DNA of 63,081 nt, counting the filler, from Phoronis australis (Eukaryota; Animalia; Phoronida), in NCBI GenBank assembly GCA_002633005.1. It is 8 parts of 8 records of this genome, joined end to end, with 100 filler letters (N's around TTAATTAATTAA, not from the genome) between each part and the next. Parts side by side here need not be neighbours in the genome. Positions count along the whole stretch, not along the records: positions 1 to 30,301 come from NMRA01000229.1; 7 more parts are not named here. One strand, given 5' to 3'. Each line of letters begins with the position of its first letter. Position 1 is the first letter of the stretch. The position numbers and the translations under genes were made by a program. Of this stretch, positions 1 through 15,081 are shown one piece after another. Under the pieces are notes generated by a model that did no database searches, was not told the DNA's origin, and worked only from the letters and a program-made list of their open reading frames with translations.

Positions 1-704
1 GAAGTGGATGGCTGACGATGATTTTACGAGTTCGACTACTCTGGCGCCTCCTAGTGGCAGTTTTGTTTTTTGCGTTCATCGCTGTGTCTCCTAAACCATA
101 TGCTGGATCTTTACTTAATTTAGTAAGTGTATTTATATGATGTTGACAACGGACGACGACGAGTTTCAGAGATCTAACTTTTGGTGTGCCCCCTAGTGGC
201 AATTTTAATTTTTTATGTTCACCCGTCTGTATCTTCAAAGGTCCTCAACAGATTTTCATAGAATATAGGCATCAATTGGTGAGATGACGCTTTCATCCTG
301 TTTTTCGATGGAATCGAGGTATTTTGCACCACTTGGTGGCCAATTTTGTTGTTTTCAAATCTTGTTTTTGGCGTCCACCCCTCGATCAACCAAGTCATTC
401 TGGGTATGGTTTTGCAAATTGGCCTATATGTTTTCAGTGTGAAGAGGACGTTTGATGAGAGCGACTGACTATTGTGGCGCCTCCTAGTGGTAGTTTTGTT
501 TTGTTCTTCGCCCATAACTGTATCTCCAAAACCCACTGCAGGATCATTAATTATTAAATTTAGTAAGTAAATTTATGTGAAGATAACAGACGATAACTGT
601 CAGGCGGATCAAACGGATGATGTGCTCACAATAGGCTACCCTCATTTTAAATATCACAATAATAAATAAATAAATACAAATTATAAAAACTTACAAAAAA
701 TCTA

Positions 705-2045
705 TCATGACACATTGATATTTTCATGTGTTAATGAGAATAGAATACATTTGTACTTAAATGTGTAAGAAAATTTGTTTAAAAATTGTGAGCTCCACAA
801 AACAATTGTTTGCAAAACGGTTCCGCATGCGGAACGGTTCCGCAACTGTCACATTGATCAACTAATTATTGTTAGTATTGTCACATTGATACTTTCAAGG
901 GACATTGATAATGGAATGCATTGTAAGTTGATTGGACAAAACAAATACCCCACAAAACCATTCTGTTTGGGAAACCGCTGCCCATGCAGAATGGTTCCAC
1001 ATGCGGAACGGTTCCTCAACTGCCACTTTTATTAATTAATTATTGTTTGGGTAGAAATTTTAATACTTTTGTTTAATGCGTGTTGCATGTTAAGATTTGA
1101 ATATTTCATCGCTTATGTTAAGGTATTACCAAAAGCGGTAAAATGGCATAGACAAAATGTCAATTTTTCCCGAGTCTGCTTGAGGTAGGTTTCTGCATCA
1201 CAAATTATTCAGAAAGTTCCCCACTGATTAATCATTGTTCATGATGACACATTGATATTTTCATGTGTTATTGAGAATAGAATATATTTCAACTTAAATG
1301 AGCAAGAAAATTTTTTTAAAAATTGTAAGCTCCAAAAAACTATAGTGTGCGGAACAGTTCCGCATGCAGAACGGTTCCGCGACTGTCATATTGATCAACT
1401 AATTATTATTAGGATTGTCACATTGATACTTTCAAGTGGTATTGTTTATGGAATGCATTTTAACTCTATTGGTCTTGAGAATTAAAAAATATGAGTGCTC
1501 CAAAAAACTATTCTGTTTGCGGAACCGTTCCGCATGTGGAGCCATTCTGCAAATGTCACATTGATTAATTATTGAGAGTGGGCACATTATACTTTCAAGT
1601 GTTATTGACAATGGAATGTACTTCATGTTTATTTGCCCAGGAGAAAATTATAAATTTTAGTCCTGTGTTAAACTTTTCTTTTTGTGGAACCCTTCTGCAA
1701 CTGTCACATTGATTTTTAAAAATAAATTATTATTTTGATTATTATTCCACAAAATATATATAATGTTTCTCTAGTCACAGTTTTCCACAAAACTTGCGCA
1801 GTATTCTGCAAGTGCATAATATTCCACAAAATGTGCGTAATATTCCACAAATTTTGCGGAATATTCCGCAGTCAGTGCGAAATATTCCGCATGGCAAAAT
1901 TGAACTTCTAATTAAGAAAGTGCTAATAGAGGAAATAAAAGTGTAACATTCTGAACATGTTTAGGGTAAGTTATAGATTTGTTTCATACCGTGTTTTATG
2001 GCCCTAAATAGATATAAAAAAGTGCGGAACCATTCCGCACACTTT
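705..2045. repeat. Diverged repeat with palindromic TTCCGCATGCGGAA / GGAACGGTTCC motifs, probably a DNA-transposon remnant
   Basis: Two related units start at ~707 and ~1244 (CATGACACATTGATATTTTCATGTGTTA). GGTTCCGCATGCGGAACGGTTCCGCA occurs at ~819, 992 and 1357, and TATTCCGCA variants at 1800-1890. Confidence 0.5.
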
Positions 2046-5001
2046 GAGACTAAATAAGATATGCTCATTTGAAAAAAATCGCCTTAAGTTTACTTTTTGA
2101 TGTTGAATTATTTGTGGAATTAATCAACAGCTCATAGAAAATATCCAAAATTTAGTCAGAATAAAATACCGTTCCCTTTTTAGTGCACCTGTGGCTGGTC
2201 GTTGATGCTGGTGCTTCTCAACATCAGGCATATTTGCAGATGTGTAGTGGCATTTTGCACATTTCAGTGAAGCACTCACTCACAAGCTCAAGCCTTTTAT
2301 CAATGTTCAGTGACAGTTTTCAAGTTTTACAGGACTGTTGATGAACATCTGCCAATAGCGCTAAAATTTTCCATGTTCACAATCAGATTCTCGTTTAGTC
2401 CTGTCACTTCAGAATGTCTCTTTTCAGTTGTTGGCCTGAGTTGATAATGTAGCTGTGTTCCACTGGCATTAGAGAGGTAAGAGACATTCTGCACCTCTGT
2501 GTTTGTCAAGCGATTAGTTTAGAAATCAGGCAGATTCATGAATGTTGGTATCTCTGGCTGTGGCTGCAGCTGCTGACTGTCTGCATTTTTTGCGCCCGTA
2601 TATTTATATGTGGACGCATTATGCCTTTATTTCTGTCTGTCGGTCCAGCGTTCGTCTGTCGTCCGCTGCCCTATCTCCAAATCCCTTTGATGTATGTTCA
2701 TAAAATTTTGCTCCTATGTTCCTTTCGGATGGTTCTGACCACCTGTGTGTAATTTTACGTTTACCTCTGTATCTTCAAAGGTTGTGTACAGATTTTTATA
2801 AAATTTGGCATATGGGCATCTACTAGTGAGGTGATGTTGTGGTCCCGTTTTTAGATAAATTTGAGGTTATTTGCGCTGTCTAGCAGGCCCGTAGGAAGGA
2901 AAAAATTATTGGGGGGGAGGGGCATAAACCAATTTGATATCGCCAACCTATCCCCTTGCAATCTTTACTGTTTTTGAGTCTGTTTTTTGGCATCCGCTAC
3001 TCAATCAATCAAACCAATCTAATGATGATTTTGAAAATTGGCATGTATGCTCATAGTGTGAAAAGAACGGTTGACAATGATTTTGACGACTAAAGGGTGG
3101 CTGACAATACGACTTGGCGATGACTTCAACTACTGTGGTGCCTCCCTAGTGACATTTTTTTGCGCTCATGGCTGTATCTCCTAAACCGATTGACGTATGT
3201 TCATGAAATTTTGCATATGTTCCTTTCGTAGATGGGAGGGCATGAGCAACTTTGGGAGGGATCTGACTACTGGTGTGCCCCCTAGTTTTTTACGTTTACC
3301 TTTGTACCTTCAAAGGTCCTCAACGTATTTTCATAAAATTTGGAATATAAGCATCTGTTGGTGAGATTACGCTATCCTCCCATTTTCAGATGGTATTTTC
3401 CACCATTTAGTGGCCATTTTTACTGTTTTCGATTCTGTTTTTGGTATCCACTCCTTTGTCAACCAAACCGCTTTAAAGATGATTGTGAAAATTGGCATGA
3501 ATATTCCTAATATGAAAGGGATGGCTTACGATGATTTTCTGATGCCAGTGTAAATGACTTGGAATTCCTAGAAAGTTTTACTTATTATGCTCTGTTTCAC
3601 TGTTGTGGTGTGTATTACTTTTCTTGTGCTGTCTTTCTTGTCTCTCTTCTAAATTTCGTTGATTTTACAAGAAGAATGTAGTTTTATTATGTGCCCACAT
3701 ATTTATATGTGGATGCATTATGTCGTCATCTCCGTCCGTCCGTCCGTCCGTCCGTCTGGTGTCCGGTGTCCGGCGTTCGCTGCTTTATCTCCAAAACCCT
3801 TTGACATACGTTCATGAAATTTGGCACATATGTTCCACTTATGAATGGGACGGCATGTGCGAACTTTCGAACGGATCAGACTACCAGTGTGCCCCCTAGT
3901 GGCAATTTTATTTTTTTACGCTTACCTTTGTATCTTCAAAAGTCCTGAACGGATTTTCATGAAATTTGGTATGTAGGCACCTATTAGTGAGATGACGCTA
4001 TCCTTCCGTTTTCAGATGGATTCGACATAGTTTGCGCCACCTAGTGGCATTTATTAGTGTTTTCGAGTCCACCCCTTTATCAACCAAACCGCTCAAAGGA
4101 TGATTGTGAAAATTGGCATGTATATGCTTACTATGTAGAGGACGGTTGACGATGATTTTCCGACGATTTCGACTACTGTGGTGCCTCCTATTGGCAGTTT
4201 TTTTTGCACCCATGGCTGTATCTCTTAAACCGTTTGCAGGATTTTTACTAAATTTAACAAGTAGGTATTTATATAATGTTGACAACAGACGATGATGACT
4301 TTCGCATGGATGGAACTGCCGGTGCACCTCCTAGTGGCAATTTTAGTTTTTTGTGTTTACCTCTGTATAAAGGTCCTCATTGTATTTTCATAAAATTGGA
4401 ATATAGGCATCTATTGGTCTGATGACGCTATCATCCCATTTTCAGATGGATTTAACGTAGTTTGCAACACCTAGTGACCATTTTTGCTGTTTTCAAGTCT
4501 GTTTTTTAGTGTAAACCTGTCTATCAAACAAACCGCTCTGAGGATGATTGTGAAAATTGGCATGTATTTTCTTACTATGAAGAGGACGGCAGATGATGAT
4601 TTTCCAACGATTTCGTCTACAGTGGTGCCTGCTAGTGGCAGTTTTTTTTACGCCCATGGCTGTATCTCTTAAACCGATTGCAGGATCTTTATTAAATTTA
4701 GCGAGTGTACTGATATGATGTTGACAATAGATGACGACGACTTTGGGATGGATCTGACTACCGTTGTGGCCTCTAATGGCAATTTCAATTTTTTACATTT
4801 ACCTGACTGTATCTTCAAAGGTTGTCAACGTATTGTCATAAAATTTGACATATAGGCATCTATTAGTCAGATAACGCTAACATCCCATTTTCGGATAGAT
4901 TTGATGTAGTTTGCATCACCTAGTGGCCATTTTTACTGTTTTCTTGTCTGAATTTTGGCATCCATTTCTCTATCAAACAAATGGCTCTAAGGATGATTGT
5001 G

Positions 5002-6303
5002 TGGGGGTCCCAGGGGGCTCGGGCCCCCCTTGGCTGCCGTAAGCAAAATGAAACGGGACGAGAGCGTGTCAAAGGTGTAAAAAGCCTGTAAAACTTGTAA
5101 AACATGACACACTTGGGTGTTAAACGTGTAAAATTTCACACGATTGTGTGTCAGTTGTTTAATAATGTGCCACGCTATCGTGTCAAACGAGTAAAATTTG
5201 CCACTGTAGCATGTCAAACGTGTAAAAAAATGAGACGATATTCCACTAGAAGACAGGAAGTACCAAAATTTAGTGCCTGCAATTCATAGCTCTGAATCTT
5301 ATAGTAAAAGATAGACATTCCCAAAAATTCCAGCCCCCATTCTTTTAGGCTTGGTGCGCTCATACAAAGTCTGAGCAAATCTCTATTGAAAACCAACAAC
5401 TTTGCACAGTTCGTCAGAAGTACCCAAGTTCTAAATAAATCTCGTTTGAGCCAGTGCTGTGGCCAAAGCTGTATAGGCCTACTAACATGCTGTATTTTGA
5501 CAATAGTCTTCACAGGTAGCTGGCACTGAGACTAGCTAAGGTCTGCCGTGGCAGTGTGACTCAGGACTAACCTGCCTGTAATTTCATGCAAGTGTATGAA
5601 TCTACCCTTGACTATATGCGGCATTTATGATTTGAACTTCGACAAGACAGCTTGCAACCGCATGCATTTACCGTTTGCCAGTGTCTGGTCTCGATCCGCA
5701 CCAGGTCCGATAGGCTGCAGTCCCGAGTCTGACAAAATGATTTCTGTCAAAATTTCTTCGCCACATGTCTTCAGCAAATTCGATAAAATTGTTTGCATTT
5801 TGATTTCATTAAAATTAAGGCGCGCTGTTTATTATTTTATCCCCGTTTGCGGGCACTGATCCGGTCGCCCTGACAGCGTTTTCTCGGCCTGGGTTCCTGA
5901 ATGAATTGTACTTCCGGGTTCGCAGCAAGTTCAAAATGGCGGTGGTTTTTCGGGTGCGAATCGTGAGTGGCACGTTCATTTAAACTTTTTTCGAGTACGG
6001 AATGTGTATTAGTTATGGGGTAGGTACTTCTTGGATCCTTATTACATCCTCTAACCATGTAATAAGAGTTAGCAATGACACAGATTACAGGCTAGCGTGG
6101 CAAAAGCGCCACGCTTGACACGCTAGTGTGGTAAAAGTGCCACACTAAACATGTCAAACGTGGAGTATTGGAACGAAAATTACACGTTTTGGCCACGTTT
6201 GACACGCTATATTTTACATGTTTGATGCTACATTTTACACGTTTCACACGCCACGCTTTACATGTTTGACACGCTGTTTTAATACTCCACGTTTTCACCT
6301 GGG
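5002..6303. mobile_element. Non-autonomous DNA element with inverted subterminal repeat arrays (EnSpm/CMC-like end CACCTGGG)
   Basis: It interrupts the HINE repeat. TGTCAAACGTGTAAA-type repeats at 5065-5227 are mirrored by TTTACA(C/T)GTTTGACAC at 6180-6275. The left end is a GGGCCCCCCTTGGCTGCCG piece that also occurs at ~53288. Confidence 0.45.
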
Positions 6304-7869
6304 CACCTTCATGAAATTGGCTGTTGGTGTGCCCCTGGTGGCAATTTTAGTTTTACGTTTACTTCTGTATCTTCAAAGGTCCTCTTAACGGAGTTTCATA
6401 AAATTTTGAGTTCGGGCATCTGTATCTCCTAAACCCATTGCAGAATCTTTATTAAATTTAATTTGTAGGTGTATTTATATGAAGCTAACAACAGACAATG
6501 ACGACTTTCAGGCAGATCCAGTGAACACTATGCCCCCTAGTGGCAATTTCATTTTATTCTGTTTTTGTTTGTTTCTCTGTAGTTCCTTGATGGATTTCTA
6601 TGAAATTTGGTGTAAAAGCTTTCTATTTAAGGAGCAATGACATATCTCGTTTTCGGATGGATTGTATGTTTTTGCGCATTCTAGTGGCCATTTTTATGAC
6701 ACAAACAACCCTAAATGCACACCATTTGTGATGCATTTCAACGCTTGGCGTTTCTTTTGTAGTATTTTACTCTTACCTCTGTATCTTTGGAGGTCGTCAA
6801 CGGATTTTCATTAAATTTAGCAGTTGGGCATCTATTAGTGGATGATTCCATCCCCTCGTTTTTGGATTGATTCAAGGTTCTTTGCGCCACCTAGTGGCCA
6901 CGTTTACTGTTTTTTGAGTTTGTTTTTTAGTGTCGACCCTTCTATCAACCAAACCACTCTGGGTATGATTTTGAAAATTGGCATGTATGTTCTTACTGTA
7001 AAGAGGGCGGCTGACAAGAATTTTTCGACTACTGTGGCACCTCCTAATTGCAGTTTTGTTTTTTTTGCACCATAGCTGCATCTCCTAAACCGTTAACAGG
7101 ATCTTTTATTAAATGTAGCAAGTATATTTATATGATGTTGACATAGAACGACGACGACTTTCGCATCGATCGGTGTACAGTTGCGCCCCCTAGTGTCAAT
7201 TATAGTTTTTTACGTTCACCGTTGTATCTTCAAAGGTTCTCAACCGATTTTCATAAAACTTGGCATGTATTATTGAGATGATGCTTTCCTCCTGTTTTCG
7301 GATGGGTTCGAGGTATTTTACACCACCTAGTTGCCATTCGTATGCACCAACATATTTATATGTGGTTGCATATTGCCGTCATCTCTGTCTGGGCGTCCGA
7401 CATCCGGCGTCCGCAGCTGTATCTCATAAACCTCTGGCAGGATCTTGATGAGAGTTGGAAGATGTGTTCCTATGATTAGCTGACGACTGATGACGACAAA
7501 TTTCGGACCTCTCCGACTACGGGTATGTCCCCTAGTGGCAATTTTAGTTTTTTATGCTCACCTCTGTATCTTCGGAGGTCCTCAACGTATTTTCACAAAA
7601 TTTAGTAAACAGGCATCTATTATTATTATTATATTTATTTATTATAGTGACATAAGGGTGCCAGTAAATACAATATCAAAGACAGAATATTCACCACACC
7701 CCTCAGCCTCAATGGGCTTACTCAGTCACCTAATGATAATTAAATCATTACATAACATTGCACGAGCTCAAATATGACCACTTCAGACTACTTCATAAAC
7801 AAACAATTACTTCTAACCTGCAAAGCGTCTTGAATGAATTTCGCTAGACCTTTCAAGTTATTTTGGAAT

Positions 7870-10061
7870 ATTTGAGGTAGGGCAGAATCCCGTATAAAAC
7901 ATGGTCGAATGTGATTATATTTTTCACAATCAAAAATGAAATGAACTTAATCTTCAATTCCATTTTTACAAACACGACAAATTCGCTCATTCACAGGAAT
8001 TCCAAAGTACCGCCCCACCTCAACCTCTAGTGGTAGAATACCTGCTCTCAATCGAGCTATGACGAACCTCTGAGACACCGGCAGACGTAAATAGTCTTCT
8101 ACACAATAGTCATTCTTAACAGATCTATATAAGTACAGTTTTGGTTTCTCAGTGATTATTTTTAACCAGTTTAACTCTTCTAACTGGAACCTGAACTTGA
8201 CCAATTACAGGAGTTCCGATGTTTAAGGTCCCATAAAAAGACTTTTTTTGCAATTCTGCTTTCATCCATTAGAACTAAACGATTCCAGAGCCTTAGCATA
8301 GTTTCATGTTGTTTGTAATGTGAATTTGGCCAACCGGAGTCGCCATAAAGTACTGCATTGGCAGCATACTTGTGGACCCCTGGAAATATACGTAGTGCTC
8401 TCGTTCTGATCATTTTGCATTTGGAGTATTGCGAATATCCCCAAATTCCAGATCCATATTCTAGAATTGAAGCGACGGACATTTCAAAACATTTACTGTA
8501 ACTGTTGAAACCCATGTTACCAATGTGTTTGTACTTGCTCACCAGAGCTCCCAATGCTCTGGAGACGGAGTCTGCCAATACCTCAGCTGTCAAATTGAAA
8601 TCCATAAACTCATTCAGAGTTACACCCAGATACTTATAGCATTCTCTTAAATTCACAATGCGATCGCACAAAATGAATTCAAAACTCGTTCTTACATGTC
8701 CCCTCTTGCGAAAATGAACCACATCAGTCTTGGAAAAATTTACAGACATTTGCCACATTGCACACCAATTACTCAATACGTTCAGTAAATCCTGTAAATA
8801 GGTTTCATTACCCGAAAAAATCACAATGTCATCTGCGTACAACAGACATGATAAATTACATACATCAAAAATTGATACCCTTGCTACATCTGTTCAAATC
8901 ATTAATCAAATTATTTATGAAAAATGAAGACAATGTAGGCGACAATGGATCCCCCTACCTGACCCCTCTTTGTACTGGAAACCAGTGGTGTAACTTGAGT
9001 GACCTAATTGTACACAGGCTTCTGTCTGCGCATACAACGATTTTACTGAGTGATAGAATTTTCCAACCACTTCTAAATCAATTAATTTTTTCAATGAAAA
9101 GTTTCTATCTAAATTGTCAAAAACCCATTCCATATCGACGAATATTGCAAACGTTGGTCTATTACAAGCTATCCTATTTCTAACACTTGACGCGAGTGTA
9201 AACACGTGGTCAAGACAAGACCTCCCCTGTCGAAAACCATTTTGTTCTTCATTCAGTTTGTGTTCGACATTCAGAAACTCGGTTAATCTCCCGTTTAGTA
9301 CATTACAATACACTTTGCTCACGGTGGAGAGCAGACTTGTCCCTCTATAGTTGGAAGGTAAATTCAAATCTCTATCTGATCCTTTCGGTATAGGGGTGAT
9401 AATCGCTTAATACCATAATGATGGAATAAATCAGTGTCAAAGACCTTCTGAAAGAGCGAGACCAAAATATTAACCATCCCTGGAGATCTCAGTACTTCGT
9501 ATGAGATACCGTCTATACCAGTGGCCTTACCCGATTTTAATTTACGAATAACAGAATAAACTCCAAAAAAAGAAAAACTTTTCCAGTACTTCTTTAACAC
9601 GACCCGAACATTCAGCATATTGCATTGCTTTCTCCAAATCCTCTACGTTTGACTTTCAGCCATTGGAATTTTCGCAAACAAATCTCTAAAACTGGCCTCC
9701 CATCTTTCTGAGGGAATAAAATTTTCATGTCTCTTCTTGAGCTGAGGTCCTAAGTTCTTGAGTTCTTCCAAAAAACATTGGGGTCATTTTCACATGATTC
9801 TTCAACCAGTGTTAATGTATTTTTCAAATACTGCCTTTTTAAAAACCTGAATCTCTTGTCAAAGTAATATCTAGAATTCTTATATTCATACAGTCGCTCC
9901 CTTCGTCGTTTAGTATTTTTTTCTTTGAGAAATACTTTTTCTTTTTGGGCCACGTTTTTCCAAAGTTGCCTTAATTCATCATTCCAAAAGGGCTTGTTTG
10001 CCTTCAATTTTTTCCTCAGATTTTTGTTACAACTTTGAGTACATCTTAAATGCAATTCCAT
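7870..10061 (-). pseudogene. LINE ORF2 reverse transcriptase and C-terminal Cys-His domain, frameshifted
   Basis: KPFWN, KATGIDGI, NYRGTSLLS, EEQNGFRQGRSC, YADD, YKYLGV and RICRVC...ED motifs are spread over several ORFs separated by frameshifts or stops. Confidence 0.9.
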
Positions 10062-10138
10062 TTCTGTTTTTATAATTTCTCAGAGGGAGTTATAAATCTC
10101 ATCAACTTCATATTGTCTTCGACACTCATTTTCTAATA

Positions 10139-10840
10139 TTAAAAGCAACTCTGCAATCGAACTTTTAAAAATCTCATAAAATTTAGTTTAAATCGTTTCC
10201 TATATCGCATATCAAAGGAGTTATTCGTACCTTGATCCTCTACAGATTCGTCACTGATATTCACTGGAACGACACTGTGATCAGGAAGTTTTGACTTTTC
10301 TGACAGTAGTCCCTGTAAATGATGTTCGTCAACTACCTCTGTACAAGCGTTGACCTCAAATTTAAGACAAGACTGGAGCGACTCATGGGGGACAATAATG
10401 TAATCTACAACCGCTCTTCCTCTATGACTTATTGAGGTGAAGTTATCTTTACCTATCTCTTTCCTACCATTCACTATGCAAGTTTTAGAGCCAAACAAAA
10501 AGTCAATCAAACTTCTACCATGACTATTTACAGCTTTATCTGTTACGACTCGTTTATTTACTTGACAATCAACATCTGGAATGTAATCATTCAAGTTACC
10601 CACTCTGGAGTTAAAATCTCCAAATATAACAATGTCATCTGCTATATCTGCATGTAAATATAGCTTGCATAATAGATGGCTATAGAAACTATCCAGACCA
10701 CAACCCCTTGAAGAGTTCTCAGGTGGTAAATAGCAACAAAATACAATTATACAATAGTCTGAGCGTATATGAGTTAGTCTTAAAGCTAATATACCATCAC
10801 ACGAGTTATCAACAATATCAATTTTAAATGTTTTAAACAA
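10139..10840 (-). pseudogene. LINE ORF2 apurinic endonuclease domain fragment
   Basis: Motifs CYLPPE, IFGDFNSRVG, NSHGRSL, VVDYIIV and PDHSVV. Confidence 0.88.
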
Positions 10841-11059
10841 ATCATTTTTAACAAATATTCCTACTCCTCCCGAACCTCTATTAGTGAGGCGACTATAGCC
10901 TTTTGCATGATTGTGAAAATTGGCATGTATGTTCTTACTCTGAAGAGGATGGTTGACGATGGTTTTCCGACGACTTTGATTCCTGTGGCGCCTGGCAGTT
11001 TTTTTGCGCCTATGGCTGTATCTCCTAAACTGTCTGCAGGATCTTCACTCAATTTAATA

Positions 11060-12390
11060 CCGTATTCGCCATAATAACTGCCCAGGGTGCTTAGAAAAGT
11101 TCAATTCAGGGGGTGGGGCGCTTATAACCCATGCTGTTGAAAACCTGTTGACTAAAAAAGGTAAACAGGGTTTATTCAGTTTGTTCAGGGCCCATGCGTT
11201 GTTTATTCACCCCTGACGAGCCCCTGCTTGCGCGCACCCGAACTCCCAAATGGTATCGGGTAGAATGTTAGGGGGAGTCATGGCCCCCTTGGCCTCCCCC
11301 TAAATCCGCCACTGGGATTAAAGGCAGGTTTAAGTACAAATCTAGGCTACATTGTGCCATCTACATATGATCGGCAACATGAGAAAAATGTTTGGACGAA
11401 CACACCTGTTGTTGTCACGTGACGTTCTGAAGTTCGTCTGCTTTGAGTAAGCGAGCGCGTGCGTGTCACCAGAGTTCATTTGCCAGAGCAGAGACTGTCT
11501 TTTGGCCACAGCCATGCAATCGAGCCACTAGTTGTGCATTGTGTCTAAAGAAATTTGCACAAGCAGTAGGCCTAAACCAGAGCATGTTTCATTCAGCACT
11601 TGCCGGTCTCATGTGCTAAAAACGTTCGACATTTGTCTCGGTAAGGCCCATATTAGTCGCCGTGTGGCTGGATGCGTACATGACAGTTATTTTTCGGTGT
11701 AAGCGTGTGTAAGCATTCATTGTCAGTGGTCATTTTATCAGATATTTGGCTTAAAAACACCAATTATGGTTAATCAAACAATTCATCTTAAAAATAACAT
11801 TTTTATAGCATTAGTAACAGTCGGAAATTAGTGCCAATTTTCATTTCTTGCCAATGCTATGCTACCCGTTTCATGAATGGATAGTTCCCAACTGTCTTTG
11901 ATGACAGGTTCATGTATGTAGCGTGCGCTTCCTGGCCACGTGCTTTTAACACTGGCCAAGCCTTTTATTAGTCTTCGATTCGCGGTTTTCACATGTACAA
12001 AGAAGTTTGGATTCCTGTTGAAAGCAGGAAATACAACGCAATCCCGTAGACAAGTACACTACGTCTGTTCTGAAAGGCCAGACCATTGGTCCTCGCAAGA
12101 TCAGCAAAACTTTGTGTTCATTTTGAGGCTTGGCAGAAGTTTGAAGTGTATAGTCATGGCTCAATACCGACATAGCGGTGAGGCTCGTGGTCTACAAATT
12201 CTGCGCACAATGATTTTTTCAGGACTGTCAGTTATTGATAAATTGTTGACGCTACTATAGAATTTTAAGACTGTAGGTAAGGCATTTTTCGCACGTACAC
12301 GTTCATGAACTGGGCGCTTATTTTAGCAAAGTCTGAAAACGCATGGGGGGGCATTTACAGTGGCATGGGCAGTTATTACAGCGAATACGG
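11060..12390 (+). mobile_element. pogo/Tc1-mariner-like MITE, copy 1
   Basis: TIRs CCGTATTCGCCATAATAACTGCCCA and TGGGCAGTTATTACAGCGAATACGG. TA precedes the element (11058-11059). No ORF. Confidence 0.75.
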
Positions 12391-15081
12391 TTAGTGAATT
12401 TATATAATATCGACAATGGACAACGACGACGACTTTTGGACACATCTGATTACTCAAGTGTGCCACTTGGTGGCAATTTTATTTGTTTACGTTTACCTCT
12501 ATATCTGCAAAGGTCCTCATCGTATTTTTATACTATTTGGCGTACAAGCATTTGTTAGTGAGGTGAGGCTATCTTTTCGTTTTCAGGTGGATTTGACCTA
12601 GTTTGCGCCACCTAGTGGCCATTTTTTATGTTTTCGAGTCTGTTTTTAGCGTCCACCCCTCTATCAACCAAACCGCTTTAAACATGATTGTGAAAATTGG
12701 CATATATGTTCATGCTATGAAGTGGACGGCTGACGATGATTTTCTGATGACTTTGGCTACTATTGCGCCTCATAGTGGCAGTTTCATTTTTTGCGCTCAT
12801 CGCTATATCTCCAAAACCGTTTGCAGGATCTTTATTAAATTTAACAATTGTGTTTATATGATGTTGACAATATAGACGATGATGATTTTGGGATGGTTCT
12901 GGCTACTGGTGTGCCCCCTGGTGGCAATTTTAGTTTACCTCTGTATCTTCAAAGGTCCTCAATGGATTTTCATAAAGTTTTGAATATGAGCATCTATTGG
13001 TGAGATGATGCTGTCCTGTTTTTGGATGGAGTCAATGTTTTTTGCGCTACCTAGTGGCCATTTTTGCTGTTTTTATCCGGTTTTTTGGCATCTACCCCAG
13101 CTTCCATCAATCAAATCATTCTAAGGATGGTTTTGAAAATTGGCTTATATGTTCTCAGTGTGAACGGGACAGTTGACGATGAAAACATTGACTACTGTGG
13201 CGCCTCCTAGTGGTAGTTCTGTTTTGTTTTGCGCCCATAGCTGTATGTCCTAAACCCACTACAGGATCTTTCTTAAAATTTGATTAGTAAGTGTATTTAT
13301 ATGAAGCTAACGCAGACAGTGACTACTTTCAGGCGGATCCAATGAACAGTGTGCCCCTAGTGGCAAATTTATTTTCCGTTTTCCTTTGTTTCTCTGAAGT
13401 TCCGTGACGGATTTCTATGAAAATTGGCGTGTAGCTTTCGATGACTATATTGAATTTCCCATTTTCAGATGGATTGTACATTTTTGCGCCATCCAGTGGC
13501 CATTTTTATGACACATTTACAACTCTAAAGCATACCATTTGCGATACATTCGTGGGTGCATTTCAACGCTCCACTGTTGCTCTTGTTACTGTTTTTAAGT
13601 CTGTTTTTTGCGTCCACTCTTCTATCAACCAAACCGTTCCAAGGATGATCCTGAAAATAAGCATATATGTTCTTACTATAAAGGGGATGGCTGGCGATGA
13701 TTTTCCAACTACATCGACCACTGTGGCGCCTCCTAGTGGCAGTTTTTTTTTGCGCCCACAGCTGTATGTCCTAAACCCTATGCTGGATCTTTACTAAACT
13801 TAGCAAGTTTTTACATGATGTTAACTGTCACGCGAATCTGACTACCAATGTGCCCCTGGTGGCAATTTTAATTTTTAACGTTTACCTCTGTATATTCAAA
13901 GGTCCTCAACGGATTTTCATTAAATATGGAATATAGACATCAATTGGTGCGATGACGCTATCTTACCGTTTTCGGATGGATTCGGCGTATTTTGCACCAC
14001 ATAGTGGCCATTTCTACTGTTTTCGAGTCTGTTTTTAGTGCCCACCTCCCCATTATGATTTTGAAAATTGGTGTTTATGTTCTCAGTGTGATGAGGACGG
14101 CTGATGATGACAGCTTCGAATATCATACTGCCTTCTAATGTTAATTTTTTAACGCCCATAGGTGTAACTTCTAAACCTGTTGCAGGATCTATATTAAACT
14201 TAGTAAGTGTATTTATAAAGCTAACAATAGATGACATCTTTCAGGTGGACGCTTTTCCCCTTGTAGCAATTTTCCTTTGTTTCTCTGAAGTTCCTTGGCA
14301 GATTTTTATGAAATTTGGTAAATAGCTCTTTATTAAAGAAGCAATGGTATCTTCTGTTTTTATATGGATTGGACGTTTTCCCCCATCTAGTGGCCATTTT
14401 TATGATAGAAATAAACAACTCTATAAGCACAGGGTTTGCGGTGCATTCGTGGGTGCAATTCGACGCTGTGCGTTGCTCTTGTTACTGTTTTCGAGTCTGT
14501 TCTTTGGTGTCCACTCCTCCATCATCCAAACGACTCTTAGGATAATTGTGAAAATTGGCATGTATGTTTCTACTCTGAAGAAGACGGCTTGTGATGATTT
14601 TCCGATATCTTTGACTACTTTGGGCCCCCTATTGACAGTTTTGTTTTTTATTGCGCTCATGTCTTTAAATCCTAAACCATTTACATGATCTGTACTAAAT
14701 TTAGCAAGTATATTCATAAGATGTTGACAACAGATGACCACGACTTTTGGACGGATCTGACTACAAGAGTGCCCCCTAGTGGCAATTCTAATTTTTCATA
14801 TTTACCTCTGTGTCTTCAAAGGTTCTTAACAGATTCATAAAATTTGGAATATCGATGATAGCGTCCCGTTTTTGGATGGAATCAAGGTATTTTGTGCCAC
14901 TTAGTGTCCATTTTGCTGTTTTTGAGTTCACCTTCTATCAACCAAAGCATTCTTAGGATGATTTTGAAAATTGGCGTATATGCTCTTACCATGAAGAGGA
15001 CGGTTCATGATGATTTTTCGATGACTAACTTCTGTTGTGCCCCTTAGTGGCAGTTATGTTTTGTTTGTGCTCATGCCTATA

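Larger units (their letters stand above)
7623..10876 (-). mobile_element. 5'-truncated, degraded non-LTR retrotransposon (APE-RT, RTEX/L2-like) with TAA-rich tail and 7-bp TSD
   Basis: TSD TCTATTA at 7616-7622 and 10877-10883, and the host repeat resumes after it. (TAA)n-like tail at 7623-7645. ORF2 fragments are collinear on the minus strand. Confidence 0.9.
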
